Below are positions 35,532 through 47,405 of a DNA stretch of 64,000 bases, piece by piece. Positions within the stretch are counted from its first letter, which is position 1. Each line of letters starts with the position of its first letter. Source of the stretch: Pocillopora damicornis (lineage: Eukaryota); the NCBI RefSeq assembly GCF_003704095.1, contig NW_020843834.1:868001-932000 (forward strand). The letters run 5' to 3'. Under the pieces are notes generated by a model. It saw only the letters and a list, made by a program, of their open reading frames with translations. It did no database searches and was not told the origin of the DNA. The translations under genes were made by a program, and so were the position numbers.

Positions 35532-36844
35532 GGTCAAACTTTCTTCACAAAAATCAAGCTCGATTTTCGTATTTACTGAGGAAGCTTGATATTTAATGTT
35601 TAGAGTGACGTCGAAAGAGTTTTGAGAGGCTCATTTTTTGCCGCGACCTTTCCGTAAAATGGCTTCGACGTTGAGGATTATTTCAAACTGCTGACGATCT
35701 CTTCGCTTTNNNNNNNNNNNNNNNNNNNNNNNNNNNNNNNNNNNNNNNNNNNNNNNNNNNNNNNNNNNNNNNNNNNNNNNNNNNNNNNNNNNNNNNNNNN
35801 NNNNNNNNNATTATACGGTTTGTGGTGGTCATTTGATCTAACCAGTTCCGAGTAAGGAAACACCCATTAAAAATTGAACGTTTGCAGGTTTCAAATCATC
35901 AGATGCGTTGCCCACTCCCGAGGGACACTGTGAATTAACTTCTGTTCGAGCTCCAACAAAAACAAATAAAAGGAAATCTTCCCTGGAAGCTTACAAGAGA
36001 GACGTTCGACTGTGCACATCCGAAGAACACCATTTAGCTGATAAGTCAGCCTCTTCTCGAATTTGATAAAGGGTCAGTTAGCGGTGGAGATTAAACTCGT
36101 CTCACGCTTAGTTTAGCTTTCACACAATTTCTAGTCTCGGTACCAGTCTTTTTTTAAATTGGCTTGTTCCCATGGAGTAACAGAAGACTATCTTCTCATC
36201 ATGATCAATTCTCTCTGTATCAACTGTCTTTATCTTTTGATCCTGATAGAACGCAATGTTTTGTTACTTCAAGTTTATTCAGCGCGCTTTCCTGGGATTT
36301 CAAATAGGTAATCACCGCCTTTTTGTAATACTTTTTGAAGAGGGATGAAAGAGGATTCTAAGTTTACCATCATTTCTAACTCTGCGGATACTCAAGGCGT
36401 TTGCTGGCTCTTCGGATGAGAGTATTGTGATGATCAAAGTGAGAGGAAAACGCTAAAAAAGGCCGAAAACTTGAAGTTTGAGATTTGATTTATTGATTTA
36501 TTTATTAAGATGTTAATATCTTACTTCTATGAATCATGAAGTTGAATGTGGAGACGATTGTGAGACAATAAGGTTTTCTTTAAAAGTTTTGTCCACATTT
36601 CAGTGGGAAAGAACATGAGGAGTGATCAGGTGAAACATTGTCATGTTCCTTAAGAGTGTCTGAGTTTCCAGGATAAGAGCTGTAAAATTTCTTAAGTGAC
36701 TGATGTACGATTTGTCTGCCATAAAATTGGCACAGCCAAAGCCTTGGCTGAAAAACTAAAAATTTCTTCATATACGGAGCCAAGCCAAGATTTTACGCCA
36801 ATATGTTGGTCGGTTAACTATAATAAATTAATATATAATTAAAC

Positions 36845-36987
36845 TGTATTACTGGCGTAAAATTTACATTATATATATCACCGACTGGAAGATATTACGC
36901 CGTTAGTTACTGGCGTAATATCTTACATATATACATCACTGACTGAAAGATATTACGCTGTTAGTTACTGGCGTAAAATTTAACATA
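36845..36987. repeat. minisatellite (~58 bp unit) running into a gap
   Basis: TTACTGGCGTAA...CATATATA.ATCAC.GACTG.AAGATATTACGC.GTTAG repeated about 2.5 times. Confidence 0.75.
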
Positions 36988-38077
36988 NNNNNNNNNNNNN
37001 NNNNNNNNNNNNNNNNNNNNNNNNNNNNNNNNNNNNNNNNNNNNNNNNNNNNNNNNNNNNNNNNNNNNNNNNNNNNNNNNNNNNNNNNNNNNNNNNNNNN
37101 NNNNNNNNNNNNNNNNNNNNNNNNNNNNNNNNNNNNNNNNNNNNNNNNNNNNNNNNNNNNNNNNNNNNNNNNNNNNNNNNNNNNNNNNNNNNNNNNNNNN
37201 NNNNNNNNNNNNNNNNNNNNNNNNNNNNNNNNNNNNNNNNNNNNNNNNNNNNNNNNNNNNNNNNNNNNNNNNNNNNNNNNNNNNNNNNNNNNNNNNNNNN
37301 NNNNNNNNNNNNNNNNNNNNNNNNNNNNNNNNNNNNNNNNNNNNNNNNNNNNNNNNNNNNNNNNNNNNNNNNNNNNNNNNNNNNNNNNNNNNNNNNAGTA
37401 TACTGTGCAATACGTCTGCGCTCTTCGGCAGGCCTCTTGCATCTTTCACAAATAACATCTATATCGATCGCTTAGACAAAGATAACACAAAGACCCTGTG
37501 GGTTTAAGGCTGCGTGACGTCAGTTATTTGATACGCTAGTTGCACTCGTACTTTGTTTGTAATTTGCAACGGTCGATCTCGGCAAGACGCAAGTGATCCC
37601 GAGAAATATTTCATGAATTCCGTACATCGTAACATTTTATCCCCTAAATCCGCTTAATGATAGTCAGATAAATAAAGTTCACGTAACTTCGTTTTTCTGT
37701 GTTGTCTCGAGTGATTTTGCGGGGTTTTGAGACGGTTAATACCCCACTTTGCACTCATGCCTCTCCAAAGGCAAATGTAAAACATCTTTGTAAACTCTTT
37801 TGCTTTATGAAAATTACTTCCTTCCACATACCACACAACGATTTTAAGACTTTGACTCTTCTATCCAGGTTACAGAGAGAAAAATGACAAGAAAGGTTGT
37901 CACAAATACTCGATCTACTGTTGTTTTCCGACGCATTTTCACTCCACAATGATTAATCAGCGTTAAACCGACGCAGGCGCATACCAGCGGTTTCTCGCAT
38001 GAAACAAAGATTCACAGAATACGCGCTAATAAAGTTCCCTCCTAAACCAGCCTGATTTTCGTGAAGAAAGGTTAATC

Positions 38078-38531
38078 ATGAATCAGACGTTTGCTGAAGA
38101 ATACGCGGAGTTAATAACCTTTGTCTACTATTGTAGTAATATTTCCCTTACAGCCGTCGTCTTTCTATTTGGAACCTGTTTCTTGTGGTACAGAGATCGG
38201 AAATACCAAAAAAGGAAGGACGACGAGGAAGGAAGAAACCATCAGAGGCGCGAATGGCGCAAGTTCGCGGAGAGAATAAACAAAGATTACAGCAAACTGA
38301 GACGTAAACGGATCCTAGAGAACATATTAAAGGTAAAGAAAACTTTTGAAGACTTAAAAGTTCATTCTAAAGTAACTGGCCTTGATGTTTTGAGATACTG
38401 GCTCGCTGATGATCGCCACCGAAATGTTTGGAGTGAGTCACCCCAGCTGAGGGCCCTTCGTGAAGACCTCCACACGATCTTCTTGCAGCTAAATTTCTGC
38501 TCTTCGTTGATCCATTTAGGAGAAGTGCCCA
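38078..38531 (+). CDS. family copy B: TM + 1 hendecad + conserved domain (3' part lost in gap)
   Basis: MNQTFAEEYAELITFVYY...WYRDRKYQKRKDDEEGRNHQRREWRKFAERINKDYSKL...VTGLDVLRYWLADD...ESPQLRALREDLH...LGEVP, then Ns from 38532. Sequence after the gap is unrelated. Confidence 0.75.
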
Positions 38532-41015
38532 NNNNNNNNNNNNNNNNNNNNNNNNNNNNNNNNNNNNNNNNNNNNNNNNNNNNNNNNNNNNNNNNNNNNN
38601 NNNNNNNNNNNNNNNNNNNNNNNNNNNNNNNAACCTCAATAGAACTTACTTTATCACATGACCCCAAATCCCTCAACACCAGTCTCTTTACCACAAAAAA
38701 TGCGTGGGCTTTGTCTGATGAGTTTAAACTGGTGCCGTTTTCTTCATCTTCATGTGTTATTTGAAACAAATTTTGTCTTGTTTACTTCAGTAGTATACCT
38801 CTGCCATGTGAAATGAATTTGAGTCGAAGTACACTATGATGCACCCAGATTGAAATAATCCAACTTTCTTTGGATCTTAACGCATGAGATGAGTGATACA
38901 GCAAATAGATAATTACTCAAGGGGCTGGAACTCCTTGTTTCTCTGGAATGTTAAATACAGTATTTCTGTCAGATTTAAAAACAAATTTTTGCTTAAAAAT
39001 TTATTCAAACCAATTTTACTTGTATTTCACTTTGCTAGAAATGTTTTGATCCTTCAATTGTTATTTCTTAATTGCAATTGATGAAAGGAATTAACTTTTA
39101 AGTTCCCTGCTGGTTTGGAAGATGCAAAGAGACACCAATACGTGTTGTTTGTATTATTGACAGAATGGATAGGTGACATTTTCTGTGGCAAGCTGGTATT
39201 CCAGAGATTTTCATTAGTACCAGAAGCTTCCTGCCGGTTTAAATTATCAGTCTTTTGTTCTCTCTATGCAACTTGCCTTGCATAACTTATGCTATATGCA
39301 AATTGTGTCTCTACTTTATTTGCAACCATAAAATTACCAATAACGTTTTCTTTAAAAATTTTGTCCACATTTCATTGGGAAAGAACATGAGGAGTGATCA
39401 GGTGAAATATTGTCATGTTCCTTATTAAGAGTGTCTGAACTTCCAGAATGAGAGCTATAAAATTTCCCAATTTATGTTTGATTTGTCTGTCAAAAAACTA
39501 CAAATTTCTTCAAATAGGCAGCCAAGCCAGTGCCCATGATTGCATAATATTCAATATGAAAGTTCCCTTTTGACGAAAGTCTCTGCATTTCTCTTAAGTC
39601 TGCTTGGTGTAAATCATCTATTTTCATAAAGAGATCAACAAACCTCTCCACATTATTTTAATCTGACTTTGTTCATTCTTGTTTCCAGGAATGAAAAGGC
39701 TTCTGGAGATATTTTGGTTTTCATCCTCACTGATAATATCAGCCTTACTGGTTCTTTGTTGTTTGGTTTGCAATAAGAGTCTTTTTAGACCATCAGATTG
39801 TCACATAACTTTTGTAATGAAATATGTTAGAGAAAAAGGTTGCAAAGAGAGTATATGATTTTGTGGTGCAGTTGAAAGGATAAATGAATGTGACATTTAT
39901 TAGGAAATAATTGATTCATTTAACTATTTATATTACAAATGGAAGCAGAAACTAGTACTTTTGTTTTAGTTCACAACTTTGCCACCTTTCAGACAATATG
40001 TGTAGAAGCTGAGTACCAGTATGTCAACTTCTGATCTGATGAAAAGCAAGGAGAGAGAATGTGAACTAAACATTCCCATTTCTGGTCACTCTTTTGGGTT
40101 TATCAGGCAACAGGCTGGTTTTTCTAGTCTTTGTACACACCAGTCTCCAATCATGGTGAATTCTCATCTGTTAAGGCTTAAGGGTAGTTTGACCAAAGTA
40201 AAGTATTCAAATCTTAATGAAATTTGTTGCATCATTGATCATATCTGATGATATATTTCAGACACTAATGATTGAAAAAAATTTCTTTACTCTGATAAAA
40301 TCCAGTTATTCCTCCATTTCTACCAAACTCTCCTCTGATGTAACGACCTTATCTCTAGTACTAACGTTAGCTTACTTTTCTTTACTCGACATTGACCTTT
40401 GTTGTTTTGGTAATCGGCCCCGCCGGTTGTGATTCATGTAAAAAAAATGAATAGCTTTTGCAACAAGACAAACTTCTGTAAACTTAAATTAATTCATCGC
40501 TAAAGTTGCAAGTACATTGCACCAGCAGTATAATTGAAGCTCTACAAAACACTCACAGGAAGTGAGTACTTCAAATGATGAACGATAACTTGGGAAAGCA
40601 ATGACGCGATAAAGGTATACTATCCAATACGTCTGTGCTCTTTTGCAAGCCTCTTGCATCCTTCACAAATAACATATACATCAATCGCCCAAACAATCTT
40701 AAAACAAAGACTCGAAGTTGTTTACATACTTTTTTGTTTTTTGAAAATCACTTCCTTCCACAAACCACACAACAATTTTAAGACTTTGACGCTTCCATCT
40801 AAGTTTCAGAGGGAAAAATTAAGAATGGTTTTCTAAAATACTTGATCCTTTCCTGGTTTCCGACGCATTTTCTTCTTTAGCGATTATTTAGCGAGAAACC
40901 GACGCAGGCGCATACCAGCGGTGTTTCGCATCAAACAAAAATTTACAAAGCATGCGGAAACATAGTGCCCCAGCCTTCCTAAGTAGAGCTTGATTTTCGT
41001 GAAGAAAGGTTGAGT

Positions 41016-42242
41016 ATGTTGCAGACAATTGCTAAAGAGTACAAGGAATTAATAACCCTGGTCTACTATTTTATTAATACCGCTCTTACAATCCTCGGCT
41101 TTGCAGCTGGAACTATTTACTTATGGCACAGAAATCGAAGGGACGAGGAGAGGCGTGCAAAGGAGGATAGGGAACACCAGGAGAGACGTGAACAGGAGAA
41201 TCGGGAATACCAAGAGAGACGTGAACAGGAGAATCGGGAATACCAAGAGAGACGCGAACAGGAGAATCGGGAACGCCAAGACAGACAGAAACAAGAGGAT
41301 CAGGAACGCCAAGACAGACGTGACAAAGAAGAGCGAAGAGACCATCAGAGGCGAGAATGGCGTCAGTTCACGGAAATAATTTTTAAAGATTACAGCAGTC
41401 TGAAACGAAACCAGATCCTAGAGAACATATTAAAAGTAAAGAAAACTTTTGACAAATTTCCAATTCATTCTGAAGTAACTGGTCTTGATGTTTTGAGATA
41501 CTGGCTCGCTGATGATCACTACCAAAATGTTTCGATCGAATCACCCCAGCTGAGGGCCCTTCGTGAAGACCTCCACACGATCTACCGGTCGCTAAGTTCC
41601 TGCTCTTCGTTGATCCATTTAGGAGAAGTGCCCAAAAATACGAAGGAAGAATTAAGAGGTGTAGTGGAAGAATTGGGGAATGCAGCAAAGCCTTTCTTAA
41701 CTGGTGATAAACTAGAGGTCGCTTTGACTTGCCTCAAAAACTTTGGTGGGGGCAAACCATATGCAGGTCCTGAAAGAAAAGTGCCCGATAAGCCACTTGA
41801 AGATATTGTTCCATATGTAAATAGCCTGAAGTTAGTTAATAATGCTCGTCGGGAGCCAAACCAATCTGACTTTTCAACACCAATAGCACCAATTGGTACA
41901 AAAGATTATAGCCAGTGCACCAAATTTTCACTAACAATGATGTGGTTTGACAAGGAACATTTTTCCCTCAGGGAACTCCATCACATTCTAGAAGTGGAAG
42001 AATATAGGACTTATCATACTTGTATCAAAGAGTTTAAAGCACAACAAGTAAAGTCACCTCTAAACTTGACTGACCCTATTGTCAGCAAGGATAGCCATAA
42101 AGAAGTTGTTGCAAAGGTGCTGCATGAGATACGTTATATCCATTATCTTCAGAGCAAACTAGAGTCACCAAAGATTGACGGAAGAATTGTGAATATACTA
42201 AATCAGCTTTTTGAGAAAATAACTAAGTCACTACCGTTATGA
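41016..42242 (+). CDS. family copy C: uncharacterised single-TM protein with 6 hendecad charged repeats
   Basis: Intact intronless ORF, ATG at 41016. TM LITLVYYFINTALTILGFAAGTIYLW, 33-nt repeats (REYQERREQEN), and a conserved domain shared with copies A, B and D. Confidence 0.85.
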   Translation: MLQTIAKEYKELITLVYYFINTALTILGFAAGTIYLWHRNRRDEERRAKEDREHQERREQENREYQERREQENREYQERREQENRERQDRQKQEDQERQDRRDKEERRDHQRREWRQFTEIIFKDYSSLKRNQILENILKVKKTFDKFPIHSEVTGLDVLRYWLADDHYQNVSIESPQLRALREDLHTIYRSLSSCSSLIHLGEVPKNTKEELRGVVEELGNAAKPFLTGDKLEVALTCLKNFGGGKPYAGPERKVPDKPLEDIVPYVNSLKLVNNARREPNQSDFSTPIAPIGTKDYSQCTKFSLTMMWFDKEHFSLRELHHILEVEEYRTYHTCIKEFKAQQVKSPLNLTDPIVSKDSHKEVVAKVLHEIRYIHYLQSKLESPKIDGRIVNILNQLFEKITKSLPL

Positions 42243-42471
42243 AGCCATCAAAGACTTTATTAAAGATGTATAGGTAATCTTAAACTAATTGCGGATGATC
42301 CTCCCAATCATATTTGCAGTTCTGAATTTTTTAGAAATTTTTGCATCTTCTGGGACCAAGTGCAAGGAATGTTTACAATTGAAGCTCAGAAGCGTCCCTT
42401 GCTTTCTCTTTCCCTTGCACTCTGTATCAGATGGGGAGAACAGTGAAGACCACCCAGTATATCTTTTTTAA

Positions 42472-42675
42472 CCCTTTAACTCCCAGGATCTGATTGTTAA
42501 TTCTCACCTCTAGCTGCTACACATTTCCTTTTAAATTGGTTGCAAGAATTTTGCGTTAGATCAGGATAACAACTTTTACCTGATATATGTGACAATTCTC
42601 ACTACCTGTTTGCTTGATAGTGGGTGGATATTGTTGGGAGAAGTTACATGTGAATCACTTCTGGGAGTTAAAGGG
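42472..42675. mobile_element. 204 bp MITE, family 2, perfect 15-bp TIRs with TTAA target duplication (piggyBac-type)
   Basis: TTAA-CCCTTTAACTCCCAG ... CTGGGAGTTAAAGGG-TTAA. A second full copy is at 59878-60081; related copies at ~8255-8440, 9310-9490, 24852-25060, 49372-gap, 50133-50490 and gap-58528. Confidence 0.9.
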
Positions 42676-43149
42676 TTAAGAATCTCCAGTATGAAGTGGG
42701 AAAGAGAGCATCAATTCCTGCATTTGACTACCAATTAAGCATCATAAGAAAGATGTTGGCAGTTTTCAGACTGGTTACCATACAGTTTTAGAAAGTAGTC
42801 TTTTTGTTGCTATTGTTTGCATTATGTTTATTTTTATTAATAGTTTTCTGAACTTTAGGCACAGCCAATATTAATATTTATCCATTCCTTATTAGGCTTA
42901 ACCAGAGTATGCATGAGCTCCACGATTTCTCATTTTCCTTAATTAATGTACTTCCTTGAAATATTAGTTCCTAGGTGCTTGTTGAAAATTGTGGCCAGAG
43001 GAGGGGGGCTTTATGGAAGTAGGACACTTCATTGAAAGGGGGGTGCTTCTCAAGTTAGCACAGCAATAGGACAAAAATTTAAAATTGAAAGAACAGATAA
43101 TGCACATAAGAAATTCTGTAAGCATGTGGAGATAGAAATCACTGGAACT

Positions 43150-45203
43150 AGGAAGAAACTATTTTCCTGTACTGATTCCTCTGTAGTTTACACTTAAAAA
43201 GTTGTAAATAAAGTGGCAATAGAAACAGGTTTTCCTTGTGTTCCTACTATTTACAAAATTGAAGGAGGAGGGTGGGGGGCTTTTTCAAGAGGAGCACTTG
43301 TTTGACGTTATGACCTAGTAGGTGGGTACTTATTTGGAGGGGGGTTTGGTGCTTTCTATGGGGTGGGTGCTTATTTGCCCAGCTTTTAGTAGAGCTTGGT
43401 CAATGTGTAANNNNNNNNNNNNNNNNNNNNNNNNNNNNNNNNNNNNNNNNNNNNNNNNNNNNNNNNNNNNNNNNNNNNNNNNNNNNNNNNNNNNNNNNNN
43501 NNNNNNNNNNAGATAAGCGACCAGGTTGTTAAGCAAGATCCGACTCGTAAAACATACAGGAAACTTGCTCACTGGACTGCTATTAAGATGATAAAAAAAT
43601 TCCAAAAATCCAAAAAGCTGTCACCTGAATTTCAAACTTCTTGATCTTTTTATATAAACGTTAGTTAAAGCTTTATTTTTCGTTCTTCACAATAATTACT
43701 AACATCGATCAAGAAACGTAGCTTGAAACTTAATTTTAAGAGTTGCTCGCAAATATGGGAGGAATCTAAGGATGCCCTCAAGTCCAAAGGAATAAAACAC
43801 ATGGTTCATTTGACACCTTGCCAAATGATATGGGGATTGCATTCTCAGAGTCTAAAATATACATCTCTTGGAATTTTCTACAAAATTATTGACTTTTTGG
43901 TACTTGATATATGCTCTAAACTTATCTTTTGTTTAAAAATTGCTTAGAAATGATAATAAAAAAGAAACTACTCAAGGTTACTAGAACTGAAGAGTTTCTT
44001 CAAACGCCAAAAGTTACTCGGTATAATCGGGACAGGTTCGATGACAGCATCCAAGGTCAAACAATAAACAATTACCTAAACTCCTCTTTACACTTAAAGC
44101 CGTGTCTCCTCCTTAATGAATCAATGTTAAGTCATTGCTTAAATAACTAGGTGATTTTTTTTAATTCCCACAGTAAAGAAATAGCGCACACTTCCTGAGG
44201 AACCCATAGTGTTACAACTGAAGTTATTATGAGATTAGTTTGTGAGAGAGGAAACCCAACTAGATTCCATCTCGGAATAAACTTGAGGTAACAAACATTG
44301 CGTTCCATCAGGATCAAGAGATAAAAACAGTTGATACTAAGAGAAACGATTATGATGAGATGATAGTGTTAGTGCTCGAGAACAAGTTAATATAAAAAGA
44401 CTGGTACCTAGAATAGAAATTGTGAGGAAGCCAAACCCAGCATAGGAAAAGAGTTGAGGCAAACGTTCAATTATAGATAGGCTCCTGGACAAACTGATCT
44501 TCTTGAAGTCATAAGTTGCTTTTTCTGCACGCTTACTCTGATGTTAACTTACAGTGGTGGATCCAGATCTTGAGCTAAGGGGGGGAGGGGGCAGTTTTTT
44601 TGTTGCTTGCCCTGCCGGCTTATCTTCCATCCGCGATTCCTTTTTTTTTTTTCTCCAAAATAAGGGAGGGGCTCAGGTCACCCGGACCCTGCCCTAGATC
44701 CATCTCGTTGTCGATTGATTGCCTTAGGTTCGTATGCACGTTCATGACTGTGTCACACCTCTATTGTAAAGATTTTGTGTGTCAGTCAATTCAAAGATTC
44801 AACATCCCCCCGGCATTTTTTTTATTTTCCCCCTCCCCCCTCCCCCCAGAGCCGGGGGGGAGGGCAAATTGTGCTCAAATGCCCTTTCAAAGTGCAAGAT
44901 TTGATTTTCAATTTTTCTTGAAAAAATTGGCAACTGCCAATTTTACACATTGACCAAGCTCTACTAAAAGCTGGGCAAATAAGCACCCACCCCATAAAAA
45001 GCACCAAACCCCCCTCCAAATAAGTACCCACCTGTTAGGTCATAACGTCAAACAAGTGCCCCTCTCGAAAAAGCCCCCCCCACCCACCTCCTTCAATTTT
45101 GTAAATAGTAGGAACACAAGGAAAACCTGTTTCTATTTCCACTTTATTTACAACTTTTTAAATGTCAACTACAGAGGAATCAGTACAGGAGAATAGTTTC
45201 TTC
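43150..45203. repeat. inverted segmental repeat arms downstream of copies C and D
   Basis: 43150-43410 is the reverse complement of 44941-45203 (mirror ORFs MGTYLEGGLVL...). Confidence 0.85.
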
Positions 45204-46547
45204 TTAATGCCAGTAACTTCCATATCCATATAGTAGCTTGGTAGAATTCCTTAACGAGCTTTTTAACGGTAGTGACTTAATTACTTCCTCAAAAAGCTGA
45301 TCTAGTATACTCACAATTTTTCCGTCAATCTTTGGTGACTCTAGTTTGCTCTGAAGATAATGGATATAACGTATCTCATGCAGCACCTTTGCAACAACTT
45401 CTTTATGGCTATCCTTGCTGACAATTGGGTCAGTCAAGTTTAGAGGTGACTTTACTTGTTGCACTTTAAACTCTTCGATACAAGTTTGATAAGTCGTATA
45501 TTCTTCCCTTTCTAGAATGTGATGGAGATGCCTGAGGGAATGTTTCTCGTCAAACCCCATCATTGTTAATGAAAAATTGGTACACTGGATGTAATCTTTT
45601 TCATCAATTGGTTCTATTGGTAGTAAAACAGATTGGTTTGGCATCCGACGAGGAATATGAACTAACTTCAGGCTATTTACATATGGAACAATATCTTCAA
45701 GTGGCTTATCAGGCACTTTTCTTTCAGGACCTGCATATGGTTTGCCCCCACCAAAATGTTTGAGGCATGTCAAAGCGATCTCTAGTTTATCACCTGTTAA
45801 GAAAGGCTTTGCTGCATTCCCCAATTCTTCCACTACACCTCTTATTTCTACCTTCGTATTTTTGGGCACTTCTCCTAAATTGATCAACGAAAAGCAGGAA
45901 CTTAGCGGCAGGTAGATCCTGTGGAGGTCTTCACGAAGGGCCCTCAGCTGGGGTGATTCGCTCGAAACATTTTGGTAGTGATCATCAGCGAGACAGTATC
46001 TCAAAACATCAAGGCCAGTTACTCCAGAATGAATTGGCAATTTGTCAAAAGTTTTCTTTACCTTTAATATGTTTTCTAGGATCTGGTTTCGTTTCAGACA
46101 GCTGTGATCTGTGAAAATTATTTCCGTGAACTGACGCCATTCTCGCCTCTGATGGTCTCTTCGCTCTTCTTTGTCATGTCTGTCTTGGCGTTCCTGGTCC
46201 TCTTGTTTCTGTCTGTCTTGGCGTTCCCGATTCTCCTGTTCGCGTCTCTCTTGGTATTCCCGATTCTCCTGTTCACGTCTCTTCTGGCGTTCCCCATCCT
46301 CCTTTGCACGCCTCTCCTGGTATTCCCTTTCCTCCTTTGCAAGCCTCTCCTGGTGTTTCCTATCCTTCTCTGCACGCCTCTCCTGGTGTTCCCTATCCTC
46401 CTTTGCACGCCTCTCCTGGTCCCTTCGATCTCTGTACCATAAGTAAATGGTTCCAGCTGCAAAGCCGAGGATTGTAAGAAAGGTATTAATACAATAGTAG
46501 GCCAGGGTTATTGATTCCTTGTACTCTTTAGCAAATGTCTGACCCAT
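45204..46547 (-). CDS. family copy D: uncharacterised single-TM protein with 8 hendecad charged repeats
   Basis: Intact intronless ORF, ATG at 46547. Close paralogue of copy C in inverted orientation, with a 17-aa C-terminal extension. Confidence 0.85.
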   Translation of the reverse strand: MGQTFAKEYKESITLAYYCINTFLTILGFAAGTIYLWYRDRRDQERRAKEDREHQERRAEKDRKHQERLAKEEREYQERRAKEDGERQKRREQENREYQERREQENRERQDRQKQEDQERQDRHDKEERRDHQRREWRQFTEIIFTDHSCLKRNQILENILKVKKTFDKLPIHSGVTGLDVLRYCLADDHYQNVSSESPQLRALREDLHRIYLPLSSCFSLINLGEVPKNTKVEIRGVVEELGNAAKPFLTGDKLEIALTCLKHFGGGKPYAGPERKVPDKPLEDIVPYVNSLKLVHIPRRMPNQSVLLPIEPIDEKDYIQCTNFSLTMMGFDEKHSLRHLHHILEREEYTTYQTCIEEFKVQQVKSPLNLTDPIVSKDSHKEVVAKVLHEIRYIHYLQSKLESPKIDGKIVSILDQLFEEVIKSLPLKSSLRNSTKLLYGYGSYWH

Positions 46548-47405
46548 AGTCAACCTTTCTTCACGAAAATCAAGCTCTATTTAGGCTCAATTTTTTGCCG
46601 CGACCTTTCCGTAAAATGGCTTCGACGTTGAAGATTATTTCAAACTGCTAACGATCTCTTCGCTTTCTGTGCCTCTCTTTATTTCCCTTAGCTAATTCGA
46701 AACTGATTGTCGGGTATTTTTCATTTTCTTGGAGTTTCTGTCTCATAGGCGTGTTTGTAACAGTATATCAGACTCTAAGTGATTGTTACCGGAATGCACA
46801 GATTACTTCTAGTATTACTAAGATTAGAATAAATCAATAAACTTCTGTGGTGCAATAGCTATTGTTTTAGTGAGGAATTGAGAGGAACAATTATCTCATA
46901 ATTACATGGCTCAGATATTTTATTTTTTATTCGCAGTTTTCGTAGAGTCAGAATAAAGAGAGATTGTCGAAACTGAAATATTGCTTGAAAATGCAGCACT
47001 ATACGAACTATTTCAATTTCTCGAAGATCTACCGAGGGATTAGTAGCGAATAGTCTTCCATATCTTTAAGCTTCGTACACTTCTTTATGACGATAACGAA
47101 ATACTTATTTATCGTCGGAATGTAATGGAAGAGGAGTTTTGTGTAAATGACCTATTTTTCTGTTTCCGGATGTGGGTTTTTTTTCCCGGAAAACGTTAAG
47201 CTTGAATAGTAGCAAATATGGAACCTTAAAAGGCCAGCGTTAAATTTGATATTTCACATGAGCCGCCCCGACATTTTTTACGTCAGCGGGAGTCTCACAT
47301 CCTCTCTGAACCTGTGTTAAATTTTTTTTCCATCTATACACGCATGCGATGCTGGGAAGATCTTAGCCGGACTGCATCTTGGGAAGAGATCTAGGTGATT
47401 TCAAA

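Noticed and set aside
31520-38769. Long ORFs containing X runs
   Set aside because: They span N gaps; only 38078-38531 has real coding support.
46104-46462. Overlapping and antisense ORFs over the hendecad repeats (also 41101-41379, 41121-41345, 35180-35461)
   Set aside because: Shadow frames kept open by stop-poor 33-nt tandem repeats.
46616-46695. Divergent signal-peptide-like mini-ORF MASTLKIIFKLLTISSLSVPLFISLS upstream of copy D
   Set aside because: Stops after 26 codons, and the paralogous block upstream of copy A is frameshifted; more likely a promoter motif (AAAATGGC) or a relic.
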